Below are positions 10,538 to 21,216 of a stretch of 64,000 nt of DNA, piece after piece (position 1 is the first letter of the stretch; every line of letters starts with the position of its first letter). Both the position numbers and the translations under genes were made by a program. The notes under the pieces were generated by a model. The model saw only the letters and a program-made list of their open reading frames with translations. It searched no databases and was not told the DNA's origin. The stretch is from Chamaesiphon sp. (GTDB lineage: Bacteria; Cyanobacteriota; Cyanobacteriia; Cyanobacteriales; Chamaesiphonaceae), in assembly GCA_965246715.1 (NCBI GenBank), contig CBDFFH010000051.1, positions 160,001 to 224,000 on the forward strand. The letters are read 5' to 3'.

Positions 10538-11389
10538 ATGGCAAATGTGAATAGACGATCGAGCATCAGCAAGCCAATTAAACCTGGTTTCAAACTCAGC
10601 AAGAAACACAAGGCTTTACTCGATGATATTTTGACTCCAGTAGTCACAATTCTGATTCTGTTAGTGGTTTGGGAAATTCTCTCGGCGATCGGTGGGAACA
10701 GGTTACCAGGACCAATTAAAGTAGTAACCGAAGCAAAAGATTTAATTTTCTACCCGTTCTTCAATCGTGGCGGTACGGATGTGGGACTAGGTTTGCAGGT
10801 GTGGGCTAGTTTGCAACGAGTCGCGATCGGGTATAGTATCGCCGCTGTGGTTGGGATTAGTTTAGGGATTATTATCGGTCTGAACGAGCGGGTGCGGAAG
10901 GGTTTAGATCCGGTCTTTAATATTTTGCGAACTGTACCACCTTTGGCTTGGGTCCCGATCGCGATCGCGGCTTTACAACAAAATCAACCTGCTGCATTAT
11001 TTGTCATCTTTATTACGGCAGTCTGGCCGATTTTAATTAATACTGCCGTCGGCGTGCGCCAGATTCCTCAAGACTATAACAATGTGGCTCAGGTGTTGCG
11101 GTTATCGAAACAGGAATACTTTTTCAAAATTCTGTTTCCCTCAGCATTACCTTACATTTTCACTGGCTTACGGATTGCGATCGGTCTAGCTTGGTTGGCG
11201 ATTATCGCGGCAGAAATCGTGATGACTGGGGTAACGGGGATTGGCTTCTTTATCTGGAATTCCTATCAAAATGGACAAGTGAGCGAGATTATTGTTGCTT
11301 TAATCTACATCGGTTTGGTGGGATGGGGTCTAGATAAATTAATGGTTTGGATTCAAGGCAGAATTCTTCCCTACAGCAAACCACAGTAA
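10538..11389 (+). CDS. cmpB: Bicarbonate ABC transporter permease
   Basis: NrtB/CmpB family (SLQRVAIGY, PPLAWVP, GLAWLAIIAAE); operon position. Confidence 0.88.
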   Translation: MANVNRRSSISKPIKPGFKLSKKHKALLDDILTPVVTILILLVVWEILSAIGGNRLPGPIKVVTEAKDLIFYPFFNRGGTDVGLGLQVWASLQRVAIGYSIAAVVGISLGIIIGLNERVRKGLDPVFNILRTVPPLAWVPIAIAALQQNQPAALFVIFITAVWPILINTAVGVRQIPQDYNNVAQVLRLSKQEYFFKILFPSALPYIFTGLRIAIGLAWLAIIAAEIVMTGVTGIGFFIWNSYQNGQVSEIIVALIYIGLVGWGLDKLMVWIQGRILPYSKPQ

Positions 11390-11401
11390 GGATTAATAAA
11401 A

Positions 11402-11586
11402 TTCCCCTCCTCGGAGGGGTGGCGCGAAGCGACGGGGTGGGTCGCCAACTTGCGCTTAGTAATGCAATTCAGGATTAGTTAGTACTAGTCAAGATCTACC
11501 CACCTCGCCCTGTCGGGCACCCCTCTCTTGTCGGTTTTTTATTCGGAGGGAACCTCCGAATAAAACCGCCGCTCCTGGGAGGGGGA
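11402..11586. repeat. Inverted pair of host repeats, the second interrupted by a GCG...CAAGAGA element
   Basis: Uninterrupted copy 11402-11442; insert 11524-11572. Confidence 0.75.
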
Positions 11587-11618
11587 TTTAAATCCTTATT
11601 GACCTCCATATAAAAATC

Positions 11619-13610
11619 ATGACTTTTGTAACTGTCGATAATCTCGAAAAGACTTTTCCCCTGCCCAACGGCGAAGAATATATCGCCCTCAAAGGGATCG
11701 ATTTGAGCATTCACAAAGGTGAATTTATCTCCCTGATCGGGCACTCTGGTTGTGGTAAATCTACGCTGCTGAATATGGTAGCGGGTTTAGACTTACCGAC
11801 CGAAGGACTAGTCATGCTCCAAGGCGAACAGATTTTACGTCCTGGACCCGATCGCATGGTAGTATTCCAAAACTATTCGCTCTTACCTTGGCTCACCGTG
11901 CGGCAAAATATCGCCCTGGCGGTCAATAGCGTGATGAGTGGTTTACCCGCCGCCGAACGATCGGCGATCGTCGAAGAACATATCGACATGGTGGGTTTGC
12001 GTCCTGCCGCTGATAAGAATCCCGAACAGCTTTCTGGGGGGATGCGGCAACGGGTGGCGATCGCGCGTGCCCTAGCTACCAAACCAAAATTGTTACTGCT
12101 GGATGAACCGTTTGGGGCGTTAGATGCGTTGACACGGGGCGGGTTACAGGAACAGTTGATGAAAATCTGCGATGAAAACCAGGTAACGGCGATTATGGTG
12201 ACCCATGATGTGGATGAGGCATTATTGCTCTCAGACCGGATCGTGATGCTCACCAATGGCCCCGAATCGAAAATCGGTCAAATTATGACCGTCGATATCG
12301 ATCGACCCCGCAAGCGGCTAGAAGCTGTCAATCATCCCCACTATTACAGCTATCGCAGCGAGATTATTTACTTCCTGAATCAACAGAAACAAATTAAAAA
12401 AATCCGCGCCCGCAAGCAAACTGTCGTCGCGCGGCATGGATTAGAGAAAGTCAATCTGGATATCGGTTTCGTCCCCTTAACTGCCTGTGCGCCGATCGCG
12501 ATCGCTAAAGAAAAAGGCTTCTTCACCCACCACGGTTTGGATGAAGTCAACCTCGTCCGCGAGTCGAGCTGGCGCGGCGTGCAAGATGGTATCGCCGACA
12601 AATATATGGATGCCGCGATGATGCCATCGGGGATGCCGATTTGGATGACCGTTGGTGGGATGAACGACAAGCCGATTTCAGTAGTGAGTGCCTTAACTAT
12701 CAGTCGGAATGGGAACGCGATTACGATCGATAAACGCTTTGCGGATAAAGGGATTCGCACCTTAGTCGATCTGAAACGGTTCTTGTTAGAATCTGGCGAT
12801 CGCAAACATATTTTTGGGGTGGTTCATCCAGCTTCCAGCCACAATCTGTTATTGCGTTACTGGTTGGCATCCGAGGGCATCGACCCCCAAAAAGATGTCG
12901 AGATCTTGACTTTACCACCCGCGCAAATGATTGCTGGACTTCAGAAAGGTAGTATCGACGGCTATTCGATCGGCGAACCCTGGGCAACTCGTGCCGCGAT
13001 CGATAACATCGGCTATGAAATTGCTACCGACTTAGAAATCTGGAACGGACATCCCGGCAAAGTGCTGGGCGTGCGGGAAGATTGGGCGTTAGCATATCCC
13101 AACACCCACATTGCTTTAGTCAAAGCCTTACTCGAAGCTTGTCAATTCTGCGCCGATCCAGCCCATCAGGATGAAGTGCGCGAAATTCTCGCTCGACCCG
13201 AATATCTGGCGATGGATCGCAATTATATCTACCTCAGCGATTCCCAGCAAGTGACCTGCGGCGTGACCAAAAGCCTCCGCGACATCTCTCACCCCCTGTT
13301 CTTCGGCGATGGAGTCAACCGTCCCAGCCGCACCGAACATCTCTGGCTCCTCACCCAATTGGCCCGCTGGGGCGATGTCCCCTTCCCCCGCAACTGGGTC
13401 GAAATCCTCGAACGGGTAGCCAAAGTCGGCGTATTCAGCACAGCAGCACGGGAATTGGGGCTATCAAATACCACCAGCTACAGTCGCGGCTCGATCGACC
13501 TCTTCGATGGCGTAAAATTTACCGCCGACGACCCGATCGACTATCTCAATCGCCTAGAGATCAAACACGATATTTACATGGCCGAAATCGATCTGTCGGG
13601 GAGAAGTTAA
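11619..13610 (+). CDS. cmpC: Bicarbonate ABC transporter ATP-binding subunit with C-terminal CmpA-like domain
   Basis: GHSGCGKST, LSGGM, DEPFGALD plus a roughly 400-aa substrate-binding-like domain. Confidence 0.88.
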   Translation: MTFVTVDNLEKTFPLPNGEEYIALKGIDLSIHKGEFISLIGHSGCGKSTLLNMVAGLDLPTEGLVMLQGEQILRPGPDRMVVFQNYSLLPWLTVRQNIALAVNSVMSGLPAAERSAIVEEHIDMVGLRPAADKNPEQLSGGMRQRVAIARALATKPKLLLLDEPFGALDALTRGGLQEQLMKICDENQVTAIMVTHDVDEALLLSDRIVMLTNGPESKIGQIMTVDIDRPRKRLEAVNHPHYYSYRSEIIYFLNQQKQIKKIRARKQTVVARHGLEKVNLDIGFVPLTACAPIAIAKEKGFFTHHGLDEVNLVRESSWRGVQDGIADKYMDAAMMPSGMPIWMTVGGMNDKPISVVSALTISRNGNAITIDKRFADKGIRTLVDLKRFLLESGDRKHIFGVVHPASSHNLLLRYWLASEGIDPQKDVEILTLPPAQMIAGLQKGSIDGYSIGEPWATRAAIDNIGYEIATDLEIWNGHPGKVLGVREDWALAYPNTHIALVKALLEACQFCADPAHQDEVREILARPEYLAMDRNYIYLSDSQQVTCGVTKSLRDISHPLFFGDGVNRPSRTEHLWLLTQLARWGDVPFPRNWVEILERVAKVGVFSTAARELGLSNTTSYSRGSIDLFDGVKFTADDPIDYLNRLEIKHDIYMAEIDLSGRS

Positions 13611-13664
13611 TTGAGAAATCTTCCATTCACAGATGGACATTCTCTAGCTTCGTTGCTAGATCTG

Positions 13665-13975
13665 AATCCCCCTGTCTTGTCTCCCTAATCCGTCGGGGAA
13701 CCTGACGAACGGGAGCCGCTAAATCCCCCTTAAAAAGTAAAAAGGGGGGACTAAGAGCACAATGAAATCTTTAGCTCCCTTTAATAAGGGGATTGGGCGA
13801 ATTTTCTAGACTTTCCAACCCTCCCCACAACCCACAGATCGATGACTGAACGCACTAAGGCGAAGCGCGCCCCGAATCCAACAGAGCGACCTTGTGCAGA
13901 GGAGTTTGAGGAGCGGCACCCCGCTCCTCAACGGGGGGTCTGGGGGTCGGCACCCCCAGATCCGGGTTCTCCCCA
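13665..13975. repeat. Cluster of short palindromic repeats including a GCG...CAAGACA element (13673-13719)
   Basis: ATCCCCC|TAAATCCCCCTTAAAAAG host; TTGAGGAGCGG..CCGCTCCTCAA and TCTGGGGGT..ACCCCCAGA hairpins. Confidence 0.7.
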
Positions 13976-14017
13976 CCAGCAACCTAAAACTAAGCACCAA
14001 TCCACAACTTAAAAACT

Positions 14018-14812
14018 ATGACAACCACAGACTTCCTCGTCCTCGATCGAGCATCCAAAGTTTACCCCACCCCCACCGGTGAATACATCGTATTAGATAA
14101 AGTCAACCTCACCGTCCAAAAAGGTGAATTCATCTGCATCATCGGACATTCCGGCTGCGGCAAATCCACCCTCCTGAATATGGTTAGCGGCTTCTCCCAA
14201 CCCTCCTCCGGCACAGTCACCCTCAACGGCAAACCCATCGGCAAACCCGGACCAGATCGCATGGTCGTCTTCCAAGGCTATGCCCTCCTCCCCTGGCTCA
14301 CTGCCTACGAAAACATCTACCTCGCCGTCAACTCCGTCAACCCCGACATGGCCAAAAACGAGAAAGAAGACATCGTGCGATCGCACCTGGCAATGGTCGG
14401 ACTTACCGAAGCCGCCGATAAACTCCCAGGCCAGATTTCCGGCGGGATGAAACAACGAGTCGCGATCGCCAGAGCCTTATCGATTCGCCCCGAAGTCCTA
14501 ATTCTCGACGAGCCATTCGGCGCGCTCGATGCGATTACCAAAGAAGAATTGCAAGAAGAACTACTCAAAATCTGGAATCAAAATCGTTGTACGGTATTGA
14601 TGATCACCCATGATATCGACGAAGCCCTATTCCTAGCCGATAAGTTGGTAATGATGACCAATGGCCCAGCAGCAAATATCGGCGAAGTATTAACTATTCC
14701 CTTCAGCCGTCCACGCGATCGATCCAGAATGATGGAAATGCCCGAATACTATCAAGTCCGTAACTATGCCCTAGATTTTCTCTACAACCGCTACGCTCAC
14801 GATGATGAGTAG
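14018..14812 (+). CDS. cmpD: Bicarbonate ABC transporter ATP-binding subunit
   Basis: GHSGCGKST, ISGGMKQR, C-terminal LDFLY.RYAHDD. Confidence 0.88.
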   Translation: MTTTDFLVLDRASKVYPTPTGEYIVLDKVNLTVQKGEFICIIGHSGCGKSTLLNMVSGFSQPSSGTVTLNGKPIGKPGPDRMVVFQGYALLPWLTAYENIYLAVNSVNPDMAKNEKEDIVRSHLAMVGLTEAADKLPGQISGGMKQRVAIARALSIRPEVLILDEPFGALDAITKEELQEELLKIWNQNRCTVLMITHDIDEALFLADKLVMMTNGPAANIGEVLTIPFSRPRDRSRMMEMPEYYQVRNYALDFLYNRYAHDDE

Positions 14813-14855
14813 GCTTTAGGGGATAAGGGATAGGGAATTAGCGATCGACTAAAAA

Positions 14856-14946
14856 ATCCCCTCCTGGGAGCGAAAAGTGCGATCTTGGGGTTTCCCCAAG
14901 TAGAGCACCTTTTTAAGACAGGGGTGCCCGATAGGGCAGGGTGGGT
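14856..14946 (+). repeat. Host repeat interrupted by a 51-nt GCG...AAGACA element (14870-14920)
   Basis: Near-identical 51-mer at 37929-37979 in a different host. Confidence 0.85.
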
Positions 14947-14985
14947 ACGGATCTACGCTTACGACAATCGATCGAGACGCTCCTG

Positions 14986-15300
14986 TGGCTATTCCCAGTC
15001 CAGAGGTGCATCTGCCAAAAATAGTTATACAAACCAACCGATTTACATTAAATTACCTGCAAAGTTATTTTCTAGAGTAGCTCGCAAGCAACGGCAGATT
15101 CCCCGCCCCAATCCGAAAACTGGAGTCGTGCGACACAAACTGGCAATACGATCGTCGCGACGGACACACCTACGCGAATTTTGGCATTACCTGTAGATAT
15201 GTTTGATGATATGTTCGATCGCGATCCGGGTTTTATCCGACGGCTCTTAGAATTAGAGAGCCGCCATCTCCAGCAATTAGTTCGATCGCCAAACTATTAG
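14986..15300 (+). pseudogene. Remnant resembling the C-terminus of a cyclic-nucleotide-binding-domain protein
   Basis: Frame 15121-15300 reads ...NTIVATDTPTRILALPVDMFDDMFDRDPGFIRRLLELESRHLQQLV*; in-frame stop at 15073; no upstream ATG. Confidence 0.4.
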
Positions 15301-15340
15301 CCCCAATAACTAACAATTTAAAGTATTTCAGGCTGAGTAT

Positions 15341-16087
15341 TTAAGCTTTTAGCGATTTTCCAAATCGATTGTTTACCTCAATCCAATTAATCGTATTCCA
15401 CCAAGCTGATAAATATTCGGGGCGACGATTTTGGTATTTGAGATAATAGGCATGTTCCCAGATATCGTTACCCATAATCGGATATATACCCTGAGAAATC
15501 GGACTATCTTGATTGGGAGTAGTAATAATTTTGAGATTACCGCGATCGCGCACCAACCACACCCAGCCACTACCAAATTGCTTGGTACCAGCCTCATTAA
15601 ATTGAGTTTTAAACTTATCGAAACTCCCATATTGCTTTTGAATTGCCGTAGCAATCGGGCCAGTTGGCATACCGCCAGCTTTAGGCCCCATGATCTGCCA
15701 GAACATGGTGTGATTGTAATGCCCGCCACCGTTATTTCTAACAGTAGTTTGAATATCTTTGGGTAATTTGCTCAGGTTTTGGAGCAGTTGTTCGACGGAT
15801 TGAGTTTTAAGTTCTGGGTATTTATTTACCGCATCATTCAGGTTCTTGACGTAAGCAGCATGATGTTTATCATGATGAAACTTCATCGTCGTCGCATCGA
15901 TGTGCGGTTCTAATGCATTGTAATCGTAAGTCAAAGGTGGCAACTTAAATATATCCGTCGTCGCTGCAACATTTTGGGCGGTCGTAGTTGCGGGCGTGTC
16001 AGCCCAACTTGAGTTGTTTACACCGCTAAAGAAGGCGACAGTACTACCCGCACCGAGTAAATAGAGAAAATTACGTCTGGTAGTCAT
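15341..16087 (-). CDS. sodA: Mn superoxide dismutase with Tat-type signal
   Basis: [34 protein letters not shown]-terminus. Confidence 0.9.
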   Translation of the reverse strand: MTTRRNFLYLLGAGSTVAFFSGVNNSSWADTPATTTAQNVAATTDIFKLPPLTYDYNALEPHIDATTMKFHHDKHHAAYVKNLNDAVNKYPELKTQSVEQLLQNLSKLPKDIQTTVRNNGGGHYNHTMFWQIMGPKAGGMPTGPIATAIQKQYGSFDKFKTQFNEAGTKQFGSGWVWLVRDRGNLKIITTPNQDSPISQGIYPIMGNDIWEHAYYLKYQNRRPEYLSAWWNTINWIEVNNRFGKSLKA

Positions 16088-16149
16088 AGATCGATCGCTA
16101 GAGAATATACTACTAGTCTGACATATCCATACGTGATATGACTTGTGTG

Positions 16150-17229
16150 CTAATCGTTTAGCATTTCACAGATCGCCCGTGCTGTTGCCGGTGCGAGCAA
16201 GATGCCATTGCGATAATGTCCGGTAGCGACTAGTACTCGTCCATTATCGCCAACTCGCTCGATGACAGGTGCCGGACGTTCGTGCGGACGCGGGCGCAAA
16301 CCCGTCCAGGTGCGGATAATTTCGCCATTGGCTAACTCGGGACAAAGATCGAGCGCTACTTGTTTCAAGCGTGCTAAGCAGTCTGCCTGTGCCACGACTG
16401 TACCATCAAGCGGAAATTCAACAGTTGCCCCCACCCAATATTCATTCCCACCACAGGGGACGATATTGACATCTGCATGAGTTATGACTGGTTGAAAATC
16501 TGGCTCCCCTAATGGCTCAGCAAGGCGGATCTGAATGGCTTGTCCCAGTACGGGATCGATTTGAATGGGTGCTAACGGTGCGAGTAATTTCGTTGCACCC
16601 AAACCAGCCGTAACAATTACCCAGTTGCTGGTTAAAGTCGGTAGATCGGGGGCAAATAGATTGCAGCAACCTCCACTAGCTGCGGTAATAGACTCGATCG
16701 ATCGCTCGAACTGAAACTCCACCCCATTTGACTTTGCCGCAGCTATTAAGGCAGTTGTGAGGGCAACTGGATCGACCTGTAAATCCTGGGGTGAGTAGAC
16801 TGCTGTACCTGCAAATTGTGGATTGACTTGCGGCAATCGTTCGTGAATTTGGGCTGATTCCCATAATTCTAATTGCCACTGTTGTTGCTGGCGGGTAATG
16901 GCTAATTGCTGCCATTTACTAAGATCGTCTTCAGGTGCTAGGAGTTTGACAATTCCTTGAGTATTGTGCGGAATATTTAGCCCAGTTAACTGCTTCAGTT
17001 CGGGAATCGTATTGCGATAATAACGAATGCTATCGTCACGCCAATTCCAAGCACGTCCTTTGGCTTTTTGACTGATTATACCCATCAATACACCTAGTGC
17101 GGCTCCAGTCGCAGCTTGCGCTGGCTGGGCAGCATCATAGACAACGATCTCGAATTTACCTAGCCGACTAAGTTCGTAAGCGATCGTTGCCCCAATAATA
17201 CCGCACCCAATAATTGTTATCTTTTCCAT
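16150..17229 (-). CDS. FAD-dependent oxidoreductase (glycine/D-amino acid oxidase family)
   Basis: GCGIIG, GLRPRP and [11 protein letters not shown] motifs. Confidence 0.9.
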   Translation of the reverse strand: MEKITIIGCGIIGATIAYELSRLGKFEIVVYDAAQPAQAATGAALGVLMGIISQKAKGRAWNWRDDSIRYYRNTIPELKQLTGLNIPHNTQGIVKLLAPEDDLSKWQQLAITRQQQQWQLELWESAQIHERLPQVNPQFAGTAVYSPQDLQVDPVALTTALIAAAKSNGVEFQFERSIESITAASGGCCNLFAPDLPTLTSNWVIVTAGLGATKLLAPLAPIQIDPVLGQAIQIRLAEPLGEPDFQPVITHADVNIVPCGGNEYWVGATVEFPLDGTVVAQADCLARLKQVALDLCPELANGEIIRTWTGLRPRPHERPAPVIERVGDNGRVLVATGHYRNGILLAPATARAICEMLND

Positions 17230-17322
17230 AAATTAAAAGGGAGCGGTCGCCAGCGTACCGCTCCCCTACCATCCATAATATTAGTAACCGATCGTCAAAT
17301 GATTTTTACTAGCCACTAGTCA

Positions 17323-17772
17323 CTAACCTTGCGGGATCAGATCGGAAAAGGTTGAAAAATCTTTGAGAGCTTCGCCATAATTACGAATTGCTACCTTATA
17401 GTCCTGATTGCCAGCAGCTTCATCGATCTTGTTCAGATGAACGAAAATTTCTTTGCTGACCGATAAGGCTTTCTCTTTGCTTCCGGGTAATAACTCTCTG
17501 GACAAACCAGCCATGCGGGTTCTGATATCACCCAGCGGGCCGTGAATAAAGGATTTGACATTATTCCAGTCGCGACCTTCGATGTAGTTAGCCAATTCTG
17601 GGAGTCGATCGCGTAAAGCGGTAAGATTCTTATTTGTGACTTGGATTTGAGCGATTTGCTCGGGACTGTAAGTTGGGGCCTTTGCTTGGGAACCATCGCC
17701 ACAGCTAACAATAAATACGGAAACGAACACGAGCAGAATCGAGATTAGTGGACGAAACAAAGACATAATCAT
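17323..17772 (-). CDS. psbQ: Photosystem II lipoprotein PsbQ (CyanoQ)
   Basis: Lipobox VSCG; PTYSPEQI; FIHGPLG. Confidence 0.92.
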   Translation of the reverse strand: MIMSLFRPLISILLVFVSVFIVSCGDGSQAKAPTYSPEQIAQIQVTNKNLTALRDRLPELANYIEGRDWNNVKSFIHGPLGDIRTRMAGLSRELLPGSKEKALSVSKEIFVHLNKIDEAAGNQDYKVAIRNYGEALKDFSTFSDLIPQG

Positions 17773-17920
17773 CGGTTTATTAAGTAAGGGATTAATTAAA
17801 TTAATCTGTCATACTCTCAGGATACTAGACTTTTCTGATACCATGCAATCGATTCGAGCACACAGTTGGAGATTATAATTAAGCTGGCAAGCTAATTGTG
17901 CGAGGCGATCGATCTAGTTT

Positions 17921-18184
17921 ATGTTCAGAGTGGTGATGAAAGATTACGATCGCGAGTTCGAGCGCTGGACGGATGCACTCGATGCGGGCAATTTGCTTAA
18001 GCCTAAGTGTAAGAGTCTGTTGCAGGATATTCGGATCTTTGAGAATAGCGAGCTAATCTGGATTTACAGTCGATCGCATACCTATCCGCAATATATCGGT
18101 GCGGGTGTCTACGATCGATTGGCACGGCAATTCCTACTCGAAAATGCCCCGATGGTGGAAGTTGCAGGGGAAGATGACGAGTAA
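17921..18184 (+). CDS. Hypothetical protein
   Basis: 87-aa ATG ORF overlapping the ureD start by 11 nt. Confidence 0.65.
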   Translation: MFRVVMKDYDREFERWTDALDAGNLLKPKCKSLLQDIRIFENSELIWIYSRSHTYPQYIGAGVYDRLARQFLLENAPMVEVAGEDDE

Positions 18185-19010
18185 TCCTACTGCGTTTCCT
18201 GGTTGGCAAGGACAGTTACAATTAACCTATCGTTACGATCGGGGCAAAACCCAAGCGATCCAACATCAGGGCGTTGCTCCGCTAAAGGTGCAGCGATCGT
18301 TTTACCCTGAAGGGGAGGCGATTTGTCATAATGTCATTCTGCATACTGCGGGTGGGATCGTTGGGGGCGATCGACTTCAGCTCGATATCGAGCTACAACC
18401 TGCTTCCCGTGCCGTGATTACCACTGCCGCAGCTGGTAAGATCTATGGCAGCAATGGTCAGCGGGCCACCCAAACCATCGTCCAAAATATTGCCGCTGAT
18501 GCCAGTCTCGAATGGTTGCCCCAAGAGACAATTATTTTCAATGGGGCGAGCTTTCACCAACATTTACAGGTAAATTTGGGCACCACAGCAACTTGGCTGG
18601 GTTGGGAAATCAATCGGTTTGGGAGAACCGCTAGTGGTGAAAAATTTACCAGCGGTGAGTGGAAATCCGCAACAGAAGTGTATCGAGCTGGCAAACCAGT
18701 CTGGATCGATCGACAGTGGCTCCGTGGTGATGAAATGGTCGATAGTCCTCATAGTTTGGCAGGATATCCGATCGTCGGTAATTTAGCATGGATCGATCGC
18801 GCCGTTAGTAAGGAACTAATTGCCGAAATTCGATCGCTCTTTGATGGCGAACCCAGTAAAATAGGAGTCACCCGTCTGAGCGCAGGATTACTATGTCGCT
18901 ATCGAGGGAATTCTACCAGCGAGGTACGCCGCTGGTTTACAGCAGTCTGGCACCTGCTCCGCCAGTCATTTCTCGATAGTAAGCCGATTGCCCTGAGGGT
19001 TTGGCAGTAG
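18174..19010 (+). CDS. ureD: Urease accessory protein UreD
   Basis: [30 protein letters not shown]; start moved to ATG 18174. Confidence 0.92.
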   Translation: MTSNPTAFPGWQGQLQLTYRYDRGKTQAIQHQGVAPLKVQRSFYPEGEAICHNVILHTAGGIVGGDRLQLDIELQPASRAVITTAAAGKIYGSNGQRATQTIVQNIAADASLEWLPQETIIFNGASFHQHLQVNLGTTATWLGWEINRFGRTASGEKFTSGEWKSATEVYRAGKPVWIDRQWLRGDEMVDSPHSLAGYPIVGNLAWIDRAVSKELIAEIRSLFDGEPSKIGVTRLSAGLLCRYRGNSTSEVRRWFTAVWHLLRQSFLDSKPIALRVWQ

Positions 19011-19032
19011 GATTTTGGATTATTCGGATTTT

Positions 19033-19101
19033 GCGGCTCGCGCCCGTCGGGTTTCCCGACGCGAAAAGCTATAGTCGGTGCACCGACTATGAGACAAGAC
19101 A
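19033..19101 (+). repeat. GCGGCTC...GAGACAAGACA element with nested 21-nt hairpin, inside GATTTTG short repeats
   Basis: Same ends as 13673-13719; inner TATAGTCGGTGCACCGACTAT at 19070-19090. Confidence 0.75.
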
Positions 19102-19183
19102 GAATTTTGGATTGAAACTTTATTTATCCTATCACACGCCCCACACGCCACACTCGCCCACACTCCCCAACACTCCCACACTC

Positions 19184-19486
19184 ATGCAACTCTCACCTCA
19201 AGAAAAAGATAAACTCCTAATTTTCACCGCCGCGCTAGTTGCCGAACGTCGGAAAAATAGGGGATTGAAACTCAATTATCCTGAAGCGATCGCCTATATT
19301 TCGGCAGCAATTTTGGAAGGTGCTAGGGATGGTCAAACCGTCGCCGAATTGATGAATTATGGTAAAACTCTACTGACGCAAGCAGATGTCATGGAAGGGA
19401 TTCCTAGCATGATTCATGAAGTCCAGGTCGAAGCGACATTTCCTGATGGCACCAAGTTAGTTACGGTTCACGATCCGATTTTATAA
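19184..19486 (+). CDS. ureA: Urease gamma subunit
   Basis: [11 protein letters not shown]...LNYPEA...[17 protein letters not shown]; true start is ATG 19184, after CCACAC short repeats. Confidence 0.97.
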   Translation: MQLSPQEKDKLLIFTAALVAERRKNRGLKLNYPEAIAYISAAILEGARDGQTVAELMNYGKTLLTQADVMEGIPSMIHEVQVEATFPDGTKLVTVHDPIL

Positions 19487-19515
19487 AATTGCGATCGATT
19501 CTATAAGTCATCACC

Positions 19516-20337
19516 ATGAGCGATATTTTAAGACACGACTCCAGAAGTACCCAAGAGATCGTTCGATCGGCTATTTCAACAGCAGATGAAGACGTTTGTT
19601 GGGATAATATCTGGATCTTACAAGCACGCGGCGGGAAAGAAGAACTAGCCGCAGCAGCAAAATTATGTAAAAGTCTCGATCCGAACGATCGGATCGTTGG
19701 GGTAAATATTTTGGGACAATTAGGCATACCCGATCGCACTTTCCCGCAGGAATGTGGTGATGTGTTACTCGACTTAATCTCGACAGAGGAGGACAGTAAC
19801 GTCCTCGCCTCGATTGGCATTGCCTTCGGACACCTCAAAGATGCCAGAGGTGTTTTACCATTAATAAAATTCAAAGAGCATCCCAATCCTGGCGTGCGGA
19901 TGAGCGTAGTGCTAGGTTTGACCGCACAAGAAGACGAACGCGCGATTGCCGCATTAATCGAACTGTCTGCCGATGATGATGGCGATATCCGCAATTGGGC
20001 GACGTTTGCCCTGGGTTCGCAAGTAGATAACGATACTTCAGCACTACGCGATGCATTATTCGATCGGGCAATTTTAGAGACAGGAGCCGACGATCCGAGT
20101 GCCGAAATCCGGGGCGAAGCATTACTAGGTTTGGCAGTCAGAAAAGATCGACGGGTTATCTCGCCACTGCTCGAAGAGCTTGAAGGTGAATCTGTAGGCG
20201 TACTGGCCGTCGAAGCAGCCTTAGCCGCCGCCGATGTCAGGCTCTATCCTGCCTTGATCGCACTGCAAGAGTGGTGGGATTTGGATACTGAATTATTGGA
20301 ATCGGCTATTGCTAGCTGCAACTCAAGTCGAGCCTAG
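19516..20337 (+). CDS. HEAT/PBS-lyase repeat protein
   Basis: Repeated D.D..IR..A..ALG motifs. Confidence 0.85.
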   Translation: MSDILRHDSRSTQEIVRSAISTADEDVCWDNIWILQARGGKEELAAAAKLCKSLDPNDRIVGVNILGQLGIPDRTFPQECGDVLLDLISTEEDSNVLASIGIAFGHLKDARGVLPLIKFKEHPNPGVRMSVVLGLTAQEDERAIAALIELSADDDGDIRNWATFALGSQVDNDTSALRDALFDRAILETGADDPSAEIRGEALLGLAVRKDRRVISPLLEELEGESVGVLAVEAALAAADVRLYPALIALQEWWDLDTELLESAIASCNSSRA

Positions 20338-20387
20338 CGCCATATTAAAAGTCGGGTTGCTGAAAATTGCAGGATGAATCGCCGCTA

Positions 20388-20433
20388 AAATTAATGGTAG
20401 GGGCGATTTATGAATCGCCCCTACCGTTAATTT
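20388..20433. repeat. REP-like palindrome between convergent genes, in degenerate MITE-like flanks (about 20354-20463)
   Basis: AAATTAATGGTAGGGGCGATT..AATCGCCCCTACCGTTAATTT. Confidence 0.7.
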
Positions 20434-20471
20434 CCAAGATTGTACAAGGTAATTCAGGAAGGCTCAAAAGT

Positions 20472-21065
20472 CTAATACTGGCTATTGTCGATCGCATATT
20501 GCGCGATGAGAATAGTTAACTTTGCCCGTTCGATTTCAGACAATTGCTTCCACTCTACCGCTCTGACGATATTATTGGGTTCGTCAACACCAGGATTGCA
20601 GCGCATCGCATAGGCATAAGGTCGAGCCATCACTAACAAGTCATCAGTCGCCCAATTCGATAGCAACTCGCGGACGGATTGGACTAGTTGCTCGACAGGT
20701 TCGAGATTGCTACTAGCTAGAGCACTGACATTAGTAGCGATTGTTGCCAACCACTGTTGTGGTACTCTGGAGCCAAATTTAGCAGTGAGCGCTTCGAGGG
20801 GATTGAGTTCTGGCTCGGCACTGGGGGAATTTTTCCAGCAAGCTTGCACCTGACTGAAAAAAGATTGCGATCTCTGGCCGAGTTCTGCTTCCGACCATTC
20901 ATCTAGATTAAAATTGCGATCTGATTCGGCATAATAGTCGGCTGCTTCTGGATCTGTGGGGTTCCATGGATAATCGATGGTAGACGAAGCAAGGAGACCG
21001 TTCATCAAGTCAGCTTCAGCTTCAGATGATTTGTGAGATGAGGATTGAGGCTTATTGAATGACAT
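20472..21065 (-). CDS. Conserved cyanobacterial hypothetical protein, PatU3-like by motif pattern
   Basis: 197-aa ORF with GGAG RBS; YPWNP, QLVQSV..LL..W, ARPYAYAMR and W..LSEI.RA.L...IA motifs. Confidence 0.75.
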   Translation of the reverse strand: MSFNKPQSSSHKSSEAEADLMNGLLASSTIDYPWNPTDPEAADYYAESDRNFNLDEWSEAELGQRSQSFFSQVQACWKNSPSAEPELNPLEALTAKFGSRVPQQWLATIATNVSALASSNLEPVEQLVQSVRELLSNWATDDLLVMARPYAYAMRCNPGVDEPNNIVRAVEWKQLSEIERAKLTILIAQYAIDNSQY

Positions 21066-21187
21066 GATTGTGCTCCTTGCGTGTGGGGTGGGGTTTAATT
21101 AATATATTAATTTATCTAACTAGGTTGATAAACTTTGGAACTTTTGCGAAGTGAAGTTTATTTAACAGTTGTTTTGGTCTATTGTTG

Positions 21188-21216
21188 ACTACATTTAGAC
21201 CCTAAGCGATTCCGTA
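21188..21216 (-). promoter_or_regulatory. DIF1-like promoter facing 20472-21065
   Basis: Minus strand TACGGA-N18-GTAGT, the same motif as the six copies upstream of the array genes. Confidence 0.6.

Noticed and set aside
8900..14812. nrtABCD nitrate transporter
   Set aside because: Binding-protein motifs are CmpA-type, a CbbR-type regulator and its box are adjacent, and no nirA or narB is present.
14885..15196. 103-aa ORF beginning MGFPQVEHLFKT (similar text in ORF 42387-42620)
   Set aside because: The shared peptide is just the translated 51-nt repeat element.
19001..19183. Long N-terminal extension of UreA
   Set aside because: It consists of repeats; canonical UreA starts at 19184.
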